From NCBI GenBank assembly GCA_031835245.2, contig JAVKOQ020000015.1, forward strand, positions 310,001 to 374,000: a stretch of 64,000 nucleotides of DNA, in the 5' to 3' direction. Every line of letters starts with the position of its first letter. The first letter of the stretch is position 1. The DNA is from Balamuthia mandrillaris. Taxonomy: Eukaryota. The position numbers were made by a program, and so were the translations under genes. Below the pieces are notes generated by a model. That model did not search any database, was not told the DNA's origin, and saw only the letters and a program-made list of their open reading frames with translations. This document shows positions 22,113 through 34,061 of the stretch, piece by piece.

Positions 22113-23127
22113 GCCCTTCTCTCTTCGCGAATAGCTAACGAGCAAAGGCTCGCTTTCTTTGGGAATGAGCAGCGGGAAGGACTCTCCGATTGAAAGCAGG
22201 GTCAGAAGAAGGCGAAACGGAGCCGTTGATGGGCGCTTTTGCCCGTTTGCCACCGGAACTGGTGCGCCATGTCCTTCTGTTGCTGGAGACGCCTTCACTG
22301 GTGGCCCTGTCATCCACTTCATCGTACGTACTGTCTCCCATCCACAACAGTAGAAAGTAACGGCAAGAAGAAGAAGAAGAAGAAGAAGAAGAAGAAGAAG
22401 AAGAAGAAGAAGAAGAAGAAGAAGAACAAGAACAGCAGAACAAGAACAAGGAAAGAAGAACAACAAGAACAAGAACAGAAGAAGAACAAGAACAAGAACA
22501 AGAAGAGAACAGAACAAGAACAAGAAGAGAAGAAGAAGAAGAAGAGAACAAGAAAGAAAGAAAGAAGAAGAAGAAAGAAGAAGAAGAAGAAGAAGAAAGA
22601 AGAAGAAAGAAGAAGAAGAAGAAGAAGAAGAAAAGAAGAGAAGAACAAGAACAAGAACAAGAACAAGAAGACAAAGAAAAGCAGAACAAGAAGTCCAAGA
22701 AGAAATAAAGAAAGGCGAACGAAGAAGACGACTAAACATACTCATTGCACGCTGAAGGTACTGGTATGAATACGTCATGGGAGGGCCTCAGCTTTGGCAA
22801 GAAGTGGTCAGCCAGGAACGAGCCCTCCACGGTGGCGACCTCTGCTGCTGGGGCAGCACTTGGGAGACCCTGCTGGCCTTGCTCCCCAAAAAAGAGCCTC
22901 GCTATGCCTTCTTCATGTGGCCCATTTCCGATGCCGACACCGCCAACGCAACGAAGATGGTGTTCTTGTTTTGGTGCCCCTCCGAGGCCAGGATACGCCA
23001 AAAGATGATGTGCACTTCCGTTGTATCGGAGCTGCATCGCAAGCTGGGCGGCGTGTTGGTGCAAGCCACGGAGCTGGACGAGCTCGACTATGGTGGTGTA
23101 AACGAGCGTGTTAAACTTGGATTCTGA
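21852..23127 (+). CDS. ADF-H/cofilin-like protein with an internal F-box (3 exons: 21852-22047, 22200-22323, 22758-23127)
   Basis: N-half 'VTVPEELHDAYNNMKKGHHRFVLYRL'; C-half 'LLPKKEPRYAFF...KMVFLFWCPSEARIRQKMM...VQATELDELD'. The spliced middle reads 'LPPELVRHVLLLLETPSLVALSSTSSYWYEYVMGGPQLWQE' (F-box). Confidence 0.75.
22365..22730. repeat. Compound (GAA)n/(GAACAA)n microsatellite in the cofilin/F-box intron
   Basis: Visible in sequence. Confidence 0.9.
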
Positions 23128-23412
23128 GAACAAGAATGTTAACGGTTAACCGAAGAGTGTCTCTCCGATCCAGAGAAGTATAAAGCAAAAGCAAAAGAAA
23201 AAGGAAGCAGGACAGCAGCAACAGTGTGGCCAAGAACAGGTCAGAACGCGTACCACTGGTGCAAACAGAATGTAAGCGCTTACACAAGGTCGACATGAAG
23301 AAGGCACCAATCCGAAGAAGGCAACCGTGCCCCTTGCGGAGGATTAAACAGTCAGCAAGAAGGGAGGAGAGGTAAACAAGGCAAGTGCTGCACCACCAAA
23401 AGCGTTACGAGC

Positions 23413-24233
23413 ATGGAGTGTCCTCGTTGCTCCAAAGCGCCTTGGGTTTGCGAAGAAAAGGAGGGCTGTACCATCATGCTACCGTACGACGGTCTTAACA
23501 CAAAACGGGAGCTATGGAAAAAAATGCACTCCTTGGGTCTTACTGGGACCATCGCCAGACAGCCAAGAGCAGATGGCTCGGAAGAGTACATGACCGTCAT
23601 CAAAGCCTGCGGCATGCCTTCTCAAGTCAATTATTTTCATGTATGGCTTGTGGACTGGCTCCACTCCTTGTATGACACCTTATCACCTTTTGAACTTTTG
23701 AAACCCTAAGATACTGACTCTCCTGCAATAGAGGGGTAACAGGCTCCGTGCAGTTTGGAGAATGGCAGGACGTGGATTTTTCTACGCTGGAGATTTTAAA
23801 GACAGACCGACGCTATACACGTGAAGGATCATCTGGTGGACCGGACTTTGAAATCAATTACTCCAACGATTCCGACTCATCATTCTCCAAAATGCTTCGT
23901 TTGGTGTCTGAACATTTAGGATATCATGCAGAACCGAATTCAGTCTCAGGAACAATAGCTCTTTGGGATACAGTACCATTTCGTGTCCTTGTGAAACACG
24001 TGAAGGCCGACATGAAATCAGTGGTGCTAATATCTGACTCGATGGCCATGAAGGATATCATCAAAGCCTGTGTCGAGGAATTCAACTTACCAGAACATGT
24101 GGCTAGAACAGCGTACCTACAAGTAAGTATCAAGGATGAGATTTGGAGCTTTAGGTCAGCAAAAGACCTTAAGGACGATGACGTGATACTTTTTTATGAA
24201 TCAAAAGAAGAGGTGGAGGAAATAGAAAACTAA
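23413..24233 (+). CDS. Hypothetical protein, possibly with a C-terminal ubiquitin-like/KHA-type domain; structure uncertain
   Basis: ORFs 23413-23709 and 23748-24233 can be joined by a ~62-nt intron (23670-23731). C-terminal 'FRVLVKH...KDIIKACVEEFNL...DLKDDDVILFYE'. AATAAA follows the stop. Confidence 0.4.
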
Positions 24234-24651
24234 GAGTGATCCATTGTTGTAATAAAAGACTCCAATACAAAGTCATTCTATTCTATCAATACTCAATGGA
24301 CCAGTTGCATAGGAGAACTGGTAAGACAAATATTGCTGTTGCCGGAGGCGCCCTCGCTGGTGGCCTTGTCTTTTACCTCATCGTACGTACAAAACCCTTA
24401 TAGGAGGAACAGAGTGGTCTCAACGGGCACCCTTAACAAACAACACCAACACAATATATTGCCTGTAAGGCAATAATTCCGAAAATTTTACTATATTAAT
24501 AATGGTGTCGATAATTGGTTAAATTTGTCTGTAATGCATGATTTAAAAACGGGAGTTGGTGTGCCGCTTCAACGGCAGGTGGTACCGTTTTGCCGGGCTC
24601 CGTTGGTCCTCATTCTTGCATTCGAACGAAAAAAAAAAAGAGAGAACAAAC

Positions 24652-25206
24652 ATGGCGGACAATGAGAAGGCACAGGAGCTCTTGGCCCGCAAGTTCGAGC
24701 TCATCTTTAACTCGGCCACGATGATGTTGGGCTTTGAGAGTTTTGTGATATCCTCCTACCTTAACAGCTACACCTTCGAGGAGGATCTGGTCTTCAAGGC
24801 CACCGAGTCCTGGTCCGTGCTGCTCATCATGTTCAGCCTCATCACCAACATGTTGATCAGCGTGATAGCCGCCCATATGTCCGGCATGGAAGCCTACCAG
24901 CTCTGGCACCGGCGGCTACTGCTGACCACCCTGCAATGGATCTGCGGCGTCTCCTTGGTTGTCTTCGTGGTGGCCATGAACCTCATCGTGGCGGACGCCA
25001 AGCCCTTGAGGGAGGGCTACAAGGTGGCCATCTATACCATTACCGCGGCTTGCTTTGTATTGGTGCTGGTCTACTATGTCATTGCGCACGCGGCGGAGCG
25101 GCACGGCGGCATGTCGGCCCTTCTCAACTCCCTTTGTGGCGGCGAGTCCGCCCCACAACGGCCAGCTGCACACAAAAAAGTGGACGAAGATGACGACGAC
25201 TTGTAA
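24652..25206 (+). CDS. Small four-TM membrane protein of unknown function
   Basis: Intronless, GC3-rich, 184 aa from MADNEK, four hydrophobic segments. Confidence 0.7.
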   Translation: MADNEKAQELLARKFELIFNSATMMLGFESFVISSYLNSYTFEEDLVFKATESWSVLLIMFSLITNMLISVIAAHMSGMEAYQLWHRRLLLTTLQWICGVSLVVFVVAMNLIVADAKPLREGYKVAIYTITAACFVLVLVYYVIAHAAERHGGMSALLNSLCGGESAPQRPAAHKKVDEDDDDL

Positions 25207-25412
25207 CGCGGCCCGTTTTGTGTTTATTATAGCAAAAAAAAAAAATCAAGTTCAATGATATGGCCCCTCAATCACGGATTGTAAATTTGCGAACTTTCTC
25301 CCGAATTTCCACCTGAAAAAAATGACGAAAACGAAGTTCCATTCATTTGATAGATAGCGTGGCTAGAGAGAGGGAAGCAAGCGAGAGCAAAGAAAAGAGC
25401 TGAGCGAAGGCG

Positions 25413-25620
25413 ATGACAAGGAACTGCGGCGGCGGGGGAAGGAGGAGGGACCTGGGCCTGGGCCTGGGCTTGGCTCTGTTCATGACCACCTTGGCTTGTG
25501 TGGTGGCTGCTGTTGTGGCTGATGGCGCCGTCCACCCTGTATTTTTGTTCTCCATGTTTGTGCTTCGCTTCTCTTTTTGTTTTTATTTCTCTTTCTTTTC
25601 TTCTCTCGTTTCTTTGCTTG

Positions 25621-25664
<44 letters not shown>

Positions 25665-27334
25665 GACTAATGGGAAAAAATAAAATTACAAGCGACGGGA
25701 TGAGAACGGACTACGTGCAAAAAGCAAAAGAGTTGAAGCTGACCACTTTGACCCGTTTGATAGAGGAGGGAGTGCTGGCAAAGGGAGCCTACAGCGTGTA
25801 TCCTGCCGTTACATTTCCTTCTCACACCAGGTTTGTTGTTCGTCTATCTCTTCTCTTATTTGCTACTCCATTTCTTCATTCGTCTGTCTGCATCCCCGCC
25901 TCTCTGCGTTTCTACCTCTCTGCTCTCTTCTCTTCTTTCTTCTTGCTTCTTTGTTCCTTCTTTGCTCATTCTAACAAAAAACAATAGCATGATCACAGGC
26001 GTCTATCCCGCCAAGCATGGCATTTGGAATAACAACATGTTTGGACCACTCGACAACAACAGGTGTGTTTTAGCATCTTCTCTTTTCGTCGCTCTAATCT
26101 TATCTTGCTTCTTTGCTTCCTTGCTTGTCTTCTCTCTCTCTCTCTCTCTCTCTCACTCTCACTCTCACATTTGCTCATTCTCAACGCATGTTGCTGTTAT
26201 CCTAACCCTAAACAGCAATAATCATTACTTTTACAACAACATCAAAGTGAAGACTCTGTTTGATGCAGTAGTCGAGCAAGGATGGGGTGGGATTGGCGTG
26301 GATTGGCCGGTATCTGTCGGTGCTCCTCTAGACCTCCTCTTTCCCGGCAACGATCCTAATCCACGTTTGTTGCTCTTTATCTTCTTTGTTCTTTTCTTTG
26401 TTCTCTTACCTTCGTTTCGTTCAAACGAACAGCTTCATTAGCAGAAGCCAATTGGTTATACAACTCCATCAAAGGTTTACCCTACATACGCGATATAATA
26501 CCTGATGCGTCCGCCCTGTTCTTGGACCTTTTGGATGACAAACGACTGGCCATGGGCCTGCGCTTCCTGAAGCACAGCGTCTCCGCAAAGCGCCCTCCTG
26601 CCCTGATCGCCTTCCACTTCAACGATTTGGACCACTACGAGCACCTTCACGGCTACATGAGTCCTCGGGCCGTCGGCATGTTGCAAACAATCGATGCCTA
26701 CCTCGGCAAGTTTCTGGCATACGCTGACTCGCTGGGCTTGCTTTCAAACGCCACTGTCATAGTTACCTCGGACCACGGTTTTGTCAACACGACTCGTCAG
26801 GAGATATCCCCAGGGAACCTTCTATACTCGCTGGGTGCCATAGGGCCAAGCTCCTCCTCTCCATGGCAAGCATGGACCGACTGTTCTACCGGGGTATGTC
26901 CCATTTACATCCATCCGGACGCGCCTGCTCAAGTGAAACATTTGGTGGACCAAGCGGTTGCCATTCTCAAGTCGGATCCTGCCTACGCGATCGAGCGAGT
27001 CTATACTTCTCAGGAAATGGAGGAGTTGGGATGTTGGCCAGGAGCATACTTGATGCTCTCCTTGAAGACAGGTTATGTCTTCCAGAACTACGATCCGGCT
27101 TACCCTGATGTGCGACATTGTTGCAACCCCAACATCGGGCAACATGGCTATGCTGCTGATCTTCCGGAGATGTTCGCTTCGTTCATCATCAGAGGACCGA
27201 CCATCAAGAAAGGAGCCAAGATAGGAATGGTCCGGTTAATAGATATAGCCCCTACTGTCGCTCATATCATGGGCCTTTCACTCCCGGACGTGCAAGGCCG
27301 TATCATTTCTGAAGCGTTCGAAGCTTCACCATGA
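25413..27334 (+). CDS. Alkaline-phosphatase-superfamily nucleotide pyrophosphatase/phosphodiesterase (type I), multi-exon
   Basis: 'VFLFS|DGMRTDY', 'VYPAVTFPSHT|MITGVYPAKHGIWNN', 'DLDHYEHLHG', 'IVTSDHGF', 'GQHGY', 'LIDIAPTVAHIMGL'. Confidence 0.92.
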
Positions 27335-27438
27335 TGCTTTTGTTTCATTTTTAAGTTTGTGTGGTGTTGTTCAAAGTGGAATTCAAAATGGGGATAAGAC
27401 ACAACCACCACCAACTGTATCAATGAAGAAGGGATAGG

Positions 27439-28512
27439 TCAATTCAAAATGGCATTCAGGCTGGATCGCTTTCGAATGCTGTCTGCCTCCTCTTCCTTTT
27501 GCTTGCGACGAAGGTAGTCCTGCACCAGCTGACGTCGGTTGATCTTGCGTTCATCGTCTTCAGGAGAGAAGCCTTTCTCCATTGTGAACTTGGTAGTCTT
27601 TTGCTTTGTTTTGATTTTTTTGAGTTTGTTGTTGGGTTTGTTGGCGATGTTGTTGGAGGAGGAGGAAGTGTTGCCTTCTTCAACCACGGCAGGAGCGGAT
27701 GAGAAAAAGGATGAAGAAGAGGAAGAGGAGGAGGGAGGTATTGTCGTGGCAGAGTCCGCTGCGAGTCTCTGCTCTAATCGCCGTTCTCCCTTTAGAAGAT
27801 CACGGAGAAAACGTTATGATCAGCCTGATGCGGGAGCAAAAAAATAAAAAACAAAAAACGTACGGTAGGGCTGCTGTCGGTGCTTCGAGTAGACCGATGG
27901 GAAACGGCGGTAACAGGAACGCCATCATGATGCTTTGGAAATGGGTGAGGCTCGCCTTCAAAGTTGCTTTAAAAAAAGGAATTGAAAAGGTACCTTCAAG
28001 TCATAAGGAGCTGACGAAGAACGTAACAGGGAAGGAGCAAAGTCGTCTGGTGGGTGAGTTGGAGCAAGAACAGGTTGAGGATGAGCCTGGGGCTGAGGTA
28101 TGGGACTAGCTTGTTGGTCCTGAGCCTCCGACCCCTCAAAAGAGGATTTGAGGGCCAAACACATCTGGGACAAGTTGGCCACTTCCACCTCTACCAAACC
28201 AAGTTCTTCATCATTCAAGCACTGGTGCTTCGCCTGTTGCGCCATGTTCATTATAAGCGAGCATGACTGTATCATCTGTCGCATGGGAGATAGTGAGGGA
28301 GATAGCGATGAACGACAACACAAACAAAAATTATAAATACGAAAGAAGGATAACACATCAAAAAACAACACAAACACAAACACGAAAGCTGGACCCAAGG
28401 AGGGCTGCAAAGAGGGTAGACGTACATGATCCCAAGCAGCATCAGGGTCACCATCCTGGAAGCCCACCTGCGGCTCGTCTTGATGGGGTCGAGCCGCAGG
28501 TGGGCCATCCAT
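27439..28512 (-). CDS. Uncharacterised protein, paralog A of a two-member family (see findings)
   Basis: MDGPP..DAAWDH|MIQSCSLIMNMAQQAK...; last exon ends 'NRRQLVQDYLRRKQKEEEADSIRKRSSLNAILN'. Internal splicing is ambiguous. Confidence 0.6.
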
Positions 28513-29537
28513 TTTCCTTGTCCTTCTTCTGGCTGCGCTCTTGTGGTTGTTTCTAGGGGGCTGTTCCGTTGTGGTAGTGCCTCTCGTCAACAGCGCAGTA
28601 GCGGCTACCCTAGAACTGGAAGAAAAATTATGAGGAGAGATAAAGAGGAGGAGGAAAAAAAGACCGAGGGCGGGAAGAGAGGCAGGGAAACGTTAGATGC
28701 GGCGGACAAAAAAAGAAGAAGGAAGGGGAGTGGTGTTCTCTTGTTGAAAACAACGGTGTGGAAAGTCAAAAAAGTAACGGGTGACACTACCTACAACATC
28801 TCTTATGGTAGTGGCTAATCATGAAATGAAGAGCGGTGATGTTTATTGCTTGGGTTGCTTTTAAGCGGAATATCTACGCCCTCCTAACTGTAAATAAGAA
28901 AAACATGACCATACATGCAGCCGGTCCAGTGCCAAGTTTACCGTTGTTGGGCCAGATCACGAATACAACTGAGCATAATTAGCTCTTGGTCAGCTGTTGC
29001 CGAGGATACCCTCCACGGAAACGGTCGTCCGGGATCGACCTATGAAATCCGCTCCCCCTATCTCCTGTTTACCCTTTTTCCAGCTCCCTGTTTTTAGGTT
29101 TTATTGGCAGAGGTTTTGAATTGGCGGGTTACCCTGATGTCATCTGGCCTATTTGCTTCTTTTAGAGAAAACGTTTGAGCGGTTTCCCACCACACCATCA
29201 GAAACAGCACCATCCCATGTCGTCGGGGATGCCATGCCCACTTTTTGCTTCCTGGTCATCACCGGGATAGCCAAGATAACGCCATCGACCTGAACTGCCA
29301 AAGTCCGGTCGCTAAGGACAGAATAGTACTGGAACAGTTCGGCTTTTAAACTGTCTATGCAACCCAAGATAAGGAAGATGGGGACGGGAATAGATGGCCT
29401 TGGAACCCGACAAGTGATGAGGTGTTTTGAGTGAATTCTCACCGAGGACCCAACTCCGCATTACAACAATCATTACACCATTTTTTGGTCTCATAACAAA
29501 AAAAAAGAGAAGAACATTCCGCACCATTGGCACCGGT

Positions 29538-31487
29538 TTATGGGGATTGTTCTTTGGTTTCTGTTGCGGCCATTTGCTCAAACCTACAAATGGATTCGTT
29601 CGTTGGATGGTTAGCCGCTCCATTCACAAGCGTAGTATACAATGAAGGAGGAAACGCACTTGGTCCTCAGATAGGCGGCATTGCTGCGAGTTAACGACCC
29701 GCTCTTAGAAATAACGGGCATCTTGCTCTCCTCATTTGCTTCCCCTCGTGACAGTTGCTCCCACCTTTTGGTGTTATTGTTCGTTAGAGGAGAGAGAGAG
29801 AGAGAGAGAGAGGAGGGAGAGATCAACTTGGCTTTAAGTCCACCAGTATTGGCGTGTATCATATCTCTGTTACGATAGTCTTTCAGCTCCAAATCTGTTT
29901 CTGCCAGTTTCTCGAACCTAGTTTGTGCGCAAATCATTGATAACCTTTTCATAAAAGAGCAAGGAAGAGAAGAGAACGATGAAGAGAAGAGAATGATGAA
30001 GCGTTACTTTTCTCGCAAGTTGAAGGTGGCAGGACCAACACTGTTCCGTCTCTTATGATAACTGGTAGCATCATCATCATCAAAGTCTAGCCTAGTGCTA
30101 GAGTCTGAACGTTCCGTCTTGAGTGCTCTTTCGCCCTTGGAAGAGGCAGCATTTGTGTTTGAGGTCGACGGTAGCCGACCGGTTAGCGGCGGGATTTGGT
30201 TCCGGTTTTGTTGTGCAATCTTTTGTTCGAACATCTTTGCTTTGTCCAAAGCGAGGGATTGAGAGCTTGCCTTGTTGGTGCTGTCTTCAATGGCCTTCTG
30301 TTCTTCTGTCGCAGCAGTTACTCGTGGAGATGTCGGTTGGGAGCCCTCTTCTTTATCGCTATCAAGCTTGACCTGCTTCTCTTCATCTGATTCTTTGTCC
30401 TTCTCTTTTTCCTTCTCCTTTTCTCTCTCCTCTGTTTCTTTGTCTTTGTCTTTAACTTTCTGTTTGTCTTTGCGTACTTCTTTCTTCCGTTCTTGCTCCG
30501 TTAATGCAAGAGCCGCCTCGTTTTCTGCGTGCACATCTTTCTTTGCTTTGTCTTTCTTCTTATCTTTAACTTTCTCCTTTTCTACTTCCTTGCTTTTTAC
30601 TTTCTTTGAAGAAGCCGAAAGAGGGCCATCATTCTTGCCCCGAGGGCTCTTCCTTGGGGTTCTCTGTCCTTTGGTGCCAATGGTATCGCTCTGGGTAGGA
30701 GTCAGATTGAGGGGCTTAACAGGACAAGAAGCCCTCCAATCATCGTTGTTCTTTGCATCGGTTCCTCCACGCTCTTCCTCGTCGTTCGTTCCCTCGTTAG
30801 CTTGTACTCGTTCTGCTATAATCCCGTCATCCACGCCACCGCTGATAGCTGCGGTAGAATGTTGGCTTCCACCTCCTTCTGCCATGCCGGTTGCTCCGTT
30901 GATGCCCCCTCTTTCTTCTCCACTCGATTTGTCTTTTGTTTGGCCTTCTTTGGCACTCTTTTCTGGGTTTCGTGATACTGGCTCAGGTCCGAACACATCC
31001 TCGAAGAAGGTGATCATTAATTCAATGACAAGATTGGCCTTTTTCATATCAGCAAGCAAAGAGTGCTCCTCCAACTTTTCGCTGAGAAGAATGTTGGGTC
31101 CAAACAACGCCGCCAAGTTGCTGGCTGTCATCTTGTTGACATCAGCGTGTGCACTGATCTTGACGCAGAGGCGGATGATCCGTCTGGCGAGGGCAAAGTG
31201 GGCGGGCGGCAATTTGGCTACCGTTGCTTTCAGCATGGAAACCGCCCCAGAGGTTTTGGCTTTATCCAGGTCCCCAGATGAGGTACGAGGGGAGAGGACG
31301 GAGCCTCCTTCGTCCACCATCACACAGCCCATAAAGTCATCCCAGAGCGCAAATGTAAGGAGAGGATTTTGCAGCTGCCGTAAATACTTTTTGAGCACTT
31401 CTGCCACCACGTGTATGTTCGATATTTTAGCGAGATCTACATCCTCCCCTTTGAAGTGCTAATATCAGAGTAGAATAACAAGAGAAG

Positions 31488-31518
<31 letters not shown>

Positions 31519-32935
31519 GGTGCGCCAAAGAAGGAGAAGTTTAAAAAAACAGTAACAGAAATATTACCAGCATTTATGCTATTAATAAGCTCTCTTTGTT
31601 CAGCGGCAGATCCTGTAACGCGAAACAATCCTAACTTGTCCGCTCCTGGTACCACGTGCATGTTTGTTAGTTTAAAAGTGGAGATAATGACAGAGGAGAG
31701 ACAAACCATTCTGTTCGAGATGATTGATGATTTTGTCCAGGATGCTAGGAATATGAGGAGGTGAGATCCCTTCTCGTTCCATAAGTTGCTGCAATGACAC
31801 ACCAAACACAGCTGTACGCTCGCGCTCCTTTCTTTCCCTTTCCTCTTTTTCTTTTCGTGACTTGAACTCTTGTTGCTCCATTTCCAGATTTCTCCGTTGT
31901 TCTAACTCTATCTGCCGTTCTTGTTCTCGTCTCTTAACCTCTTGTGCTCGCTCCTTTTGTACTTGCATCCTAAACATGGCTATATCGGTTGACATCTGAG
32001 TTAGCACGTTGAGTGCATCGCTGAAGTGCTCCTTGTAGGCATCCAGATAGTCGCACAACTGTCCAATTTTGTGTCAGCTTTGGTTATGATTTAATACAAG
32101 AAAAGTAAAGTGGAGTAAAGGATGAACCTTTTCCATCATATCCGTTCTGCTTTTTTGATTAGTGTCAACAAGAGCTTTGCAGGCTACTTCCTGAATGCGC
32201 TCATACTTGAATCTTGCTTTGTTGTACTCAATGACAGCCTACAACCGTTTTTTGTAATGCACGAAAGAAGTTTGTGAGAAAGTGAAAGTATGCTGCTTCT
32301 AGTTGCTTGTTTGTGGGTAAAGGAGGCCAATTTACCAAGTTCTTCTGTTTCTCTTTTGTCTGGCGAGCTATTTTCTGCTCGGCTTGATCTTGCGCACTTT
32401 TGGCCTGCTCACAGCTCACTTTTGTAAGCTATCACAAACAGGAAGGCATGTGGTCAGACAAAAGCCAAAACGGGAGAGAGCGCAAAAGTTACCAGAGCGT
32501 CGTTTACATCAAAGTCAACAAAGTCCTTCACGGGATTTCCAAATACTTCCATCAAGTGCACGTCCTGACAAAGAAAGCATGAAATGATGCATCAACAACA
32601 ACAACAGAGCAGACAAACAAAACAAAAACTCAGCAACAACACAGGGAAAAGTATTTGAGTTTTAAGCTGTTGCTAACCAGGTGGTGTCGCATGGACTCTA
32701 TCGTGGATTGAAAGTTGCCCACCGTTACAAGGCATTCTCCTGTGTGATATCAAAAACACCTTGTGTCAATAAAAATGGCCTAAGAGAGAAACTAGCCCAA
32801 AAGCAATACACATCGAACCGAAGGGTGTGCTTGGATCTGACTTCTTGGCGTAATCCAGGAACGAATTGGAGAGACTTCGTCCCTCGTCCACCAGCCCTAT
32901 AGAGAGAAAAGTTAAATGACTCACATTCAAATAAA

Positions 32936-32977
<42 letters not shown>

Positions 32978-33434
32978 GCAGCAAGGAGATCGAAAAGAGA
33001 GAAAGGAACAGGCAAACAATAGAGGAAAAGGAGAGATACAACAAAAGGAGAGGAAAGAATTACGAGCGGCGCTTTCAATGCGTTGCTTGAGCTTGTCGTG
33101 AATCTCCATCAAACTGTCCTTATGATCTTCCAAAATCTGAAGAAGGCCGTTATTAAATACAAGACAAGCACGACGTCAAGGTAACGAACATGAACGTTAT
33201 AACAACAACAATGATAATAATCAGCATAAAAGGACGAACCATGGCTTGCACAGCAATCTCTTTTTCTTGGGCCGTAAGGGGAGCTCCGCCTTCGTGGCGC
33301 TCTGCGGCGATGCGGTGGTAGGACGAGGTGGCATTGTTGCTGTGGTTGCCGTGGTTGCTGCTGTTGCCTCCACGAGGAGAAAAAACAGAGGCAGAGCGCT
33401 TTCCACCTTCTCTCTTCAGCAACAGGTTTTTCAT
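29538..33434 (-). CDS. RhoGAP with N-terminal BAR-like helical region and charged C-terminal tail, multi-exon
   Basis: 'VFGVSLQQLMERE...IPSILDKII', 'GLFRVTGS' (arginine finger), 'VAEVLKKYLRQLQNPLL', 'NKMTASNLAALFGPNIL'. Helical N-terminal exons. Last exon LRTKFEQMAATETKEQSP*. Confidence 0.85.
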
Positions 33435-33728
33435 GCTCTAAAGCTGTTGCTTGTTTGTTTTTCGTTTGTTTCCTCCTTCTCCTCTTCTTCTCAGGGTGCT
33501 TTTCTTTCTTCTTTTTTGGGGAGCAAAGCCAAAGGGGCAAGTGCGCGAGAACCAAGATAGATATAGTTGCACCGGTACAAAAACAAGACCGCAACCGGAT
33601 TTCTTTCTTTCTTTCGTTGCTGCTTCTTCTTTACAGGGCTTTTTTTGTAATGATTAACCATAATGCTGCTGCTGCCGTGATGATGCGGCGCGCCGCTCTC
33701 AGCTGAGATCAACAGGGGGGGGGGGGGG

Positions 33729-34061
33729 AAGCGGAGCAATGAATTTTTGTCGACGTGAAAGATCTCTGCTAAAGATGAGACAAAGAAAAAGACAACAGAA
33801 ATGGCCTTTTTATGGTAAGATAAAGCCTCTGTTTTGATTTTTGATTGGTGGTTTGAAACTTTCAGTAACCGATCAAAGCATTGAGCCGCTTTGGGGTAAA
33901 GCGGCGCAATGCTTTGATCTGTGACTGAAAGTTTCAAACCACCAATCAAAAATCAAAACAGAGGCTTAATCTTACCATAAAAAGGCCATTTCTGTTGTCT
34001 TTTTCTTTGTCTCATCTCTAGCAGAGATCTTTCACGTCGACAAAAATTCATTGCTCCGCTT
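33729..34061. repeat. 333-bp near-perfect palindrome (164-bp arms, 5-nt GGGGT loop, 5 mismatches); MITE-like dimer
   Basis: 33729-33892 is the reverse complement of 33898-34061, checked by eye. Flanked by G14 and G10 runs. Confidence 0.92.

Noticed and set aside
21711..22778. Long poly-Leu/Ser/Phe/Lys ORFs here and at 11.0-11.6 kb and 47.0-47.7 kb
   Set aside because: Stop-free translations of intronic trinucleotide microsatellites.
8734..25206. SARAF plus the Orai-like 4-TM gene as a calcium-entry cluster
   Set aside because: They are 14 kb apart with unrelated genes between, and the Orai resemblance is weak.
28820..29500. Short ORFs in the spacer (for example 29149-29442)
   Set aside because: No motifs, splice structure or ATG context; treated as intergenic or UTR.
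30272..31462. 396-aa plus-strand ORF
   Set aside because: Antisense shadow of the Lys/Glu-rich RhoGAP exon.
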